A stretch of DNA of 64,000 nt from Podarcis melisellensis (lineage: Eukaryota), in the NCBI GenBank assembly GCA_964234715.1, contig OZ174280.1. One strand, given 5' to 3'. Under the pieces are notes generated by a model. That model saw only the letters and a program-made list of their open reading frames with translations. It ran no database searches and had not been told where the DNA came from. The position numbers and the translations under genes were made by a program. Shown here in pieces: positions 61,680 through 64,000 of the stretch; the stretch's first letter is position 1, and each line of letters starts with the position of its first letter.

Positions 61680-62377
61680 GTATCATGTCTATGCAATATA
61701 AAATTAATCTGAAGCTTGCTGAGAAACAATCTGCTTACGGAGTCGATCAGACAATTAAACGCACAAAGAGGCATATTGACACCCGGATCGTCCTGGTGTG
61801 GGAAACTGAATCCGGAGTCATATTTAGAGGCAAACTATAGTATAGTGCAGCTTTATAGGAACTCCCCATTCCCCCTTTGGCTAGAATTAGAAGAACATTG
61901 TTTATGTGGGATGCACAGTCTGATCCTAAGACGTATTTGCTGCACCAGCAACTATGTGCTTAGGATGGGGCGTACCTCCTGCTATGCTATGAGCAACTGT
62001 CTCCTAACTTGACACTGCTCTGATGCATTATTTAGTTGCCAGTACATTAATTCAGCACTACGGGCAGCCATGGTAGCATCAGGATGTCAAGGCTTTATTA
62101 CTAACCCTACCTTTGTTATACTATACTATCCAACTGCTTTTCTTAACTTCTGAGCCAGTTCAAAAATTAATGCATCTTTATTAATTATTAGTGGAATAAG
62201 CCATCAAATATACTAGCCTCGAATGTAATTGAAATAGTGTTAAGAATTTTATACTTTGTTATATATCTATATATAAAAAGCTGTTGTTACATGTCAAAGT
62301 TCCTTATTCTTTAAAACTGAACTGCAGTTTCTATGTTCATTCTCGTGTTTTCTTACTTTCCTTATGCTTTCCTCTAG

Positions 62378-62433
62378 CAACCTACAGAGAGACAAGTATG
62401 GGAGTAAAACTTAACTTTGCCTATCAAATGTAA
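62378..62433 (+). CDS. ADGRL2: ADGRL2 alternative tail exon ATYRET(SMGVKLNFAYQM*): 18-nt microexon (donor after 62395), 52-nt form (donor after 62429), or read-through to stop 62431-62433
   Basis: cctctag|CAACCTACAGAGAGACAA|gtatgg, extendable to CAAAT|gtaaat. Homologous to the latrophilin (P/T)YRETSMGVKLN(I/F)AYQ exon. Confidence 0.88.
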
Positions 62434-64000
62434 ATTTTTTCAGCATGATTTTTAATGGGCACAATTAAAATATAACTAGCGGTCATGAAGTAGACTCAGC
62501 GGGCAAGTGGTTCACAATTTGCAAATGAAATATTTCCACGCTCAAACAGTACATGTGTACTGCTTTTCGGAGAACAATCTAAAAAAAAAAATCAATCAAA
62601 TATCAAAAATCAAATCACAAGAGGTCTGTAGCAAGCCCTATTGGTAACCTATGATATCCAATGCTGAAATAATTTGCTGCTTAAAACCAGAGCACAGTTG
62701 AGCAGAAATGCTTAATAATTGACTTAACATTTCCACATTCCCACAGTAATCTTGCTACAGGCTATGAAAGACTTCAAGTGAATTACCTGATCACGGGCAA
62801 CTAAACTTGCCTCTTTAAAACTGGTTGAAGTACATTCAAGTGTGCTTAACTCTGCAGTATATCATAGAAAATTCATTTTGGATTATTAAATATGCTTCAA
62901 TATCTCTTTAATAGAGGATAAAGTATTAGATTATTAAAAAGAGAGAAAGAGAGAGAGAATGCCTTCAGAGGGGAAATTAATGCCGGCATGTGGTCCAAGT
63001 GTTGCCTCTCTCTTATAAATGCCATATGTTTCATATGGATAAAGCTTTTGCAAGAAAGATCTAGGAACATATATGAAAATACCCAGCTACAAAAGTTGTT
63101 TAATCAAAGCCTAGAAAGGCTTTCAAAGAACTGCTATCCTTTTCACTAATTCAGTACGCATGGATGGCTAGAACAACACAATACAAGATTAGCTGCAGTT
63201 ATTCCACTTTAAAAAAAAAAAGTATTCTTTGAGCAAAGAAAAGTCACTTTTGGGCATCAACCCAATCTTTCTATCTTTATAGAAGCAACTTGAATTTTCT
63301 TGCTTAAGCTGCAGCTTTAAGTGCAGTCTGAAAGTAAAACAGGAAACATTCTTAGAGGCACACACAATATTTTATTTCTCTGTAACAACTCCAAGCCTTG
63401 CATGTGATGCAGCAGCCTCACAGTGGTCAGCTCCATTCCAACAACAGTATTTCATTCTTTCTTAATTTTCCCCTCCTCCAAACATTGTTCTAGAAGTCTA
63501 AAAGCGATTCTTCTAAAAGTTCACTAACAAACCATCTAACTTTATCCATGACACATGCCATTCAGTTTCTTTCATAGCTTTCTTTTTCTTCTTTGCCTGG
63601 GAAGCACTGTGATGTCTTAGTTTACATGTCTTTTGTGTCTCCAGAAAAATGGAATTTCTTTGTATAGAAAAAGAGCATGTCGCCATAAAATTCCAGTCGC
63701 GCCCCCCCCCTTTTCTTCCCAAAACTTCTTTTCATCTTTCCCGCAGATGTATCCAATTTCTCCATTTCTCCAGCAGTTGAAAGATATCGGCCCTGGCTGA
63801 TAATCTCCTCCCATTCCACAGCTAATATCTCTTCTTTGGTTAATTTCTGTGACCCATGCTTAGAGAAACCCTTGACATTTGTGCTTTTGACTTCCATACG
63901 CCCATAATGTCTGTGGGCCTAACTCTTTAACAGACTATGCTGGTTCATTCAGTGCTGTCACTGTGACTGATGCAAGCTGCAGGCGAACTTTGACCTCCTG

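Larger units (their letters stand above)
7648..62433 (+). other. ADGRL2: ADGRL2 (latrophilin-2) gene body, partial: splice-site-A microexon to alternative cytoplasmic-tail exons; 5' lectin exons and final PDZ-motif exon not in window
   Basis: About 22 GT-AG exons in compatible phases translate to sequence I recognise as latrophilin-2 (e.g. [61 protein letters not shown]). Domain order is OLF-HormR-GAIN/GPS-7TM-tail. Confidence 0.97.

Overview
Vertebrate genomic DNA. The repeat content (tRNA-derived SINEs with CR1-type tails, TA-flanked mariner/Tigger-type MITEs, Penelope pLTRs) suggests a squamate, probably a lacertid lizard; this is an inference. The window holds the central and 3' part of ADGRL2 (latrophilin-2/LPHN2, an adhesion GPCR) on the + strand. 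It runs from the 15-nt splice-site-A microexon through the olfactomedin, Ser/Thr linker, HormR, GAIN/GPS and 7TM exons into the alternatively spliced cytoplasmic-tail exons. The lectin exons and the large PDZ-motif terminal exon were not found and presumably lie outside the window. All exons were delimited by hand from AG/GT sites and chain in consistent phase. Three things stand out. (1) A young ~1.92 kb non-autonomous L1-type retroposon at 47901-49823, with a 17-bp TSD, CpG-rich 5' end and poly(A) tail. It carries a single intact 224-aa ORF I cannot assign, containing a 32-aa tandem repeat that has diverged mainly by synonymous or conservative changes. (2) A nested-palindrome Penelope-like pLTR array at 36450-37340 with four identical minimal hammerhead ribozyme motifs, two per strand, whose predicted cleavage products would be fully paired rods. 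(3) A candidate extra cassette exon at 24886-24957 resembling the splice-site-B exon. No prokaryotic features, CRISPR arrays, rRNA or intact tRNA genes were seen.
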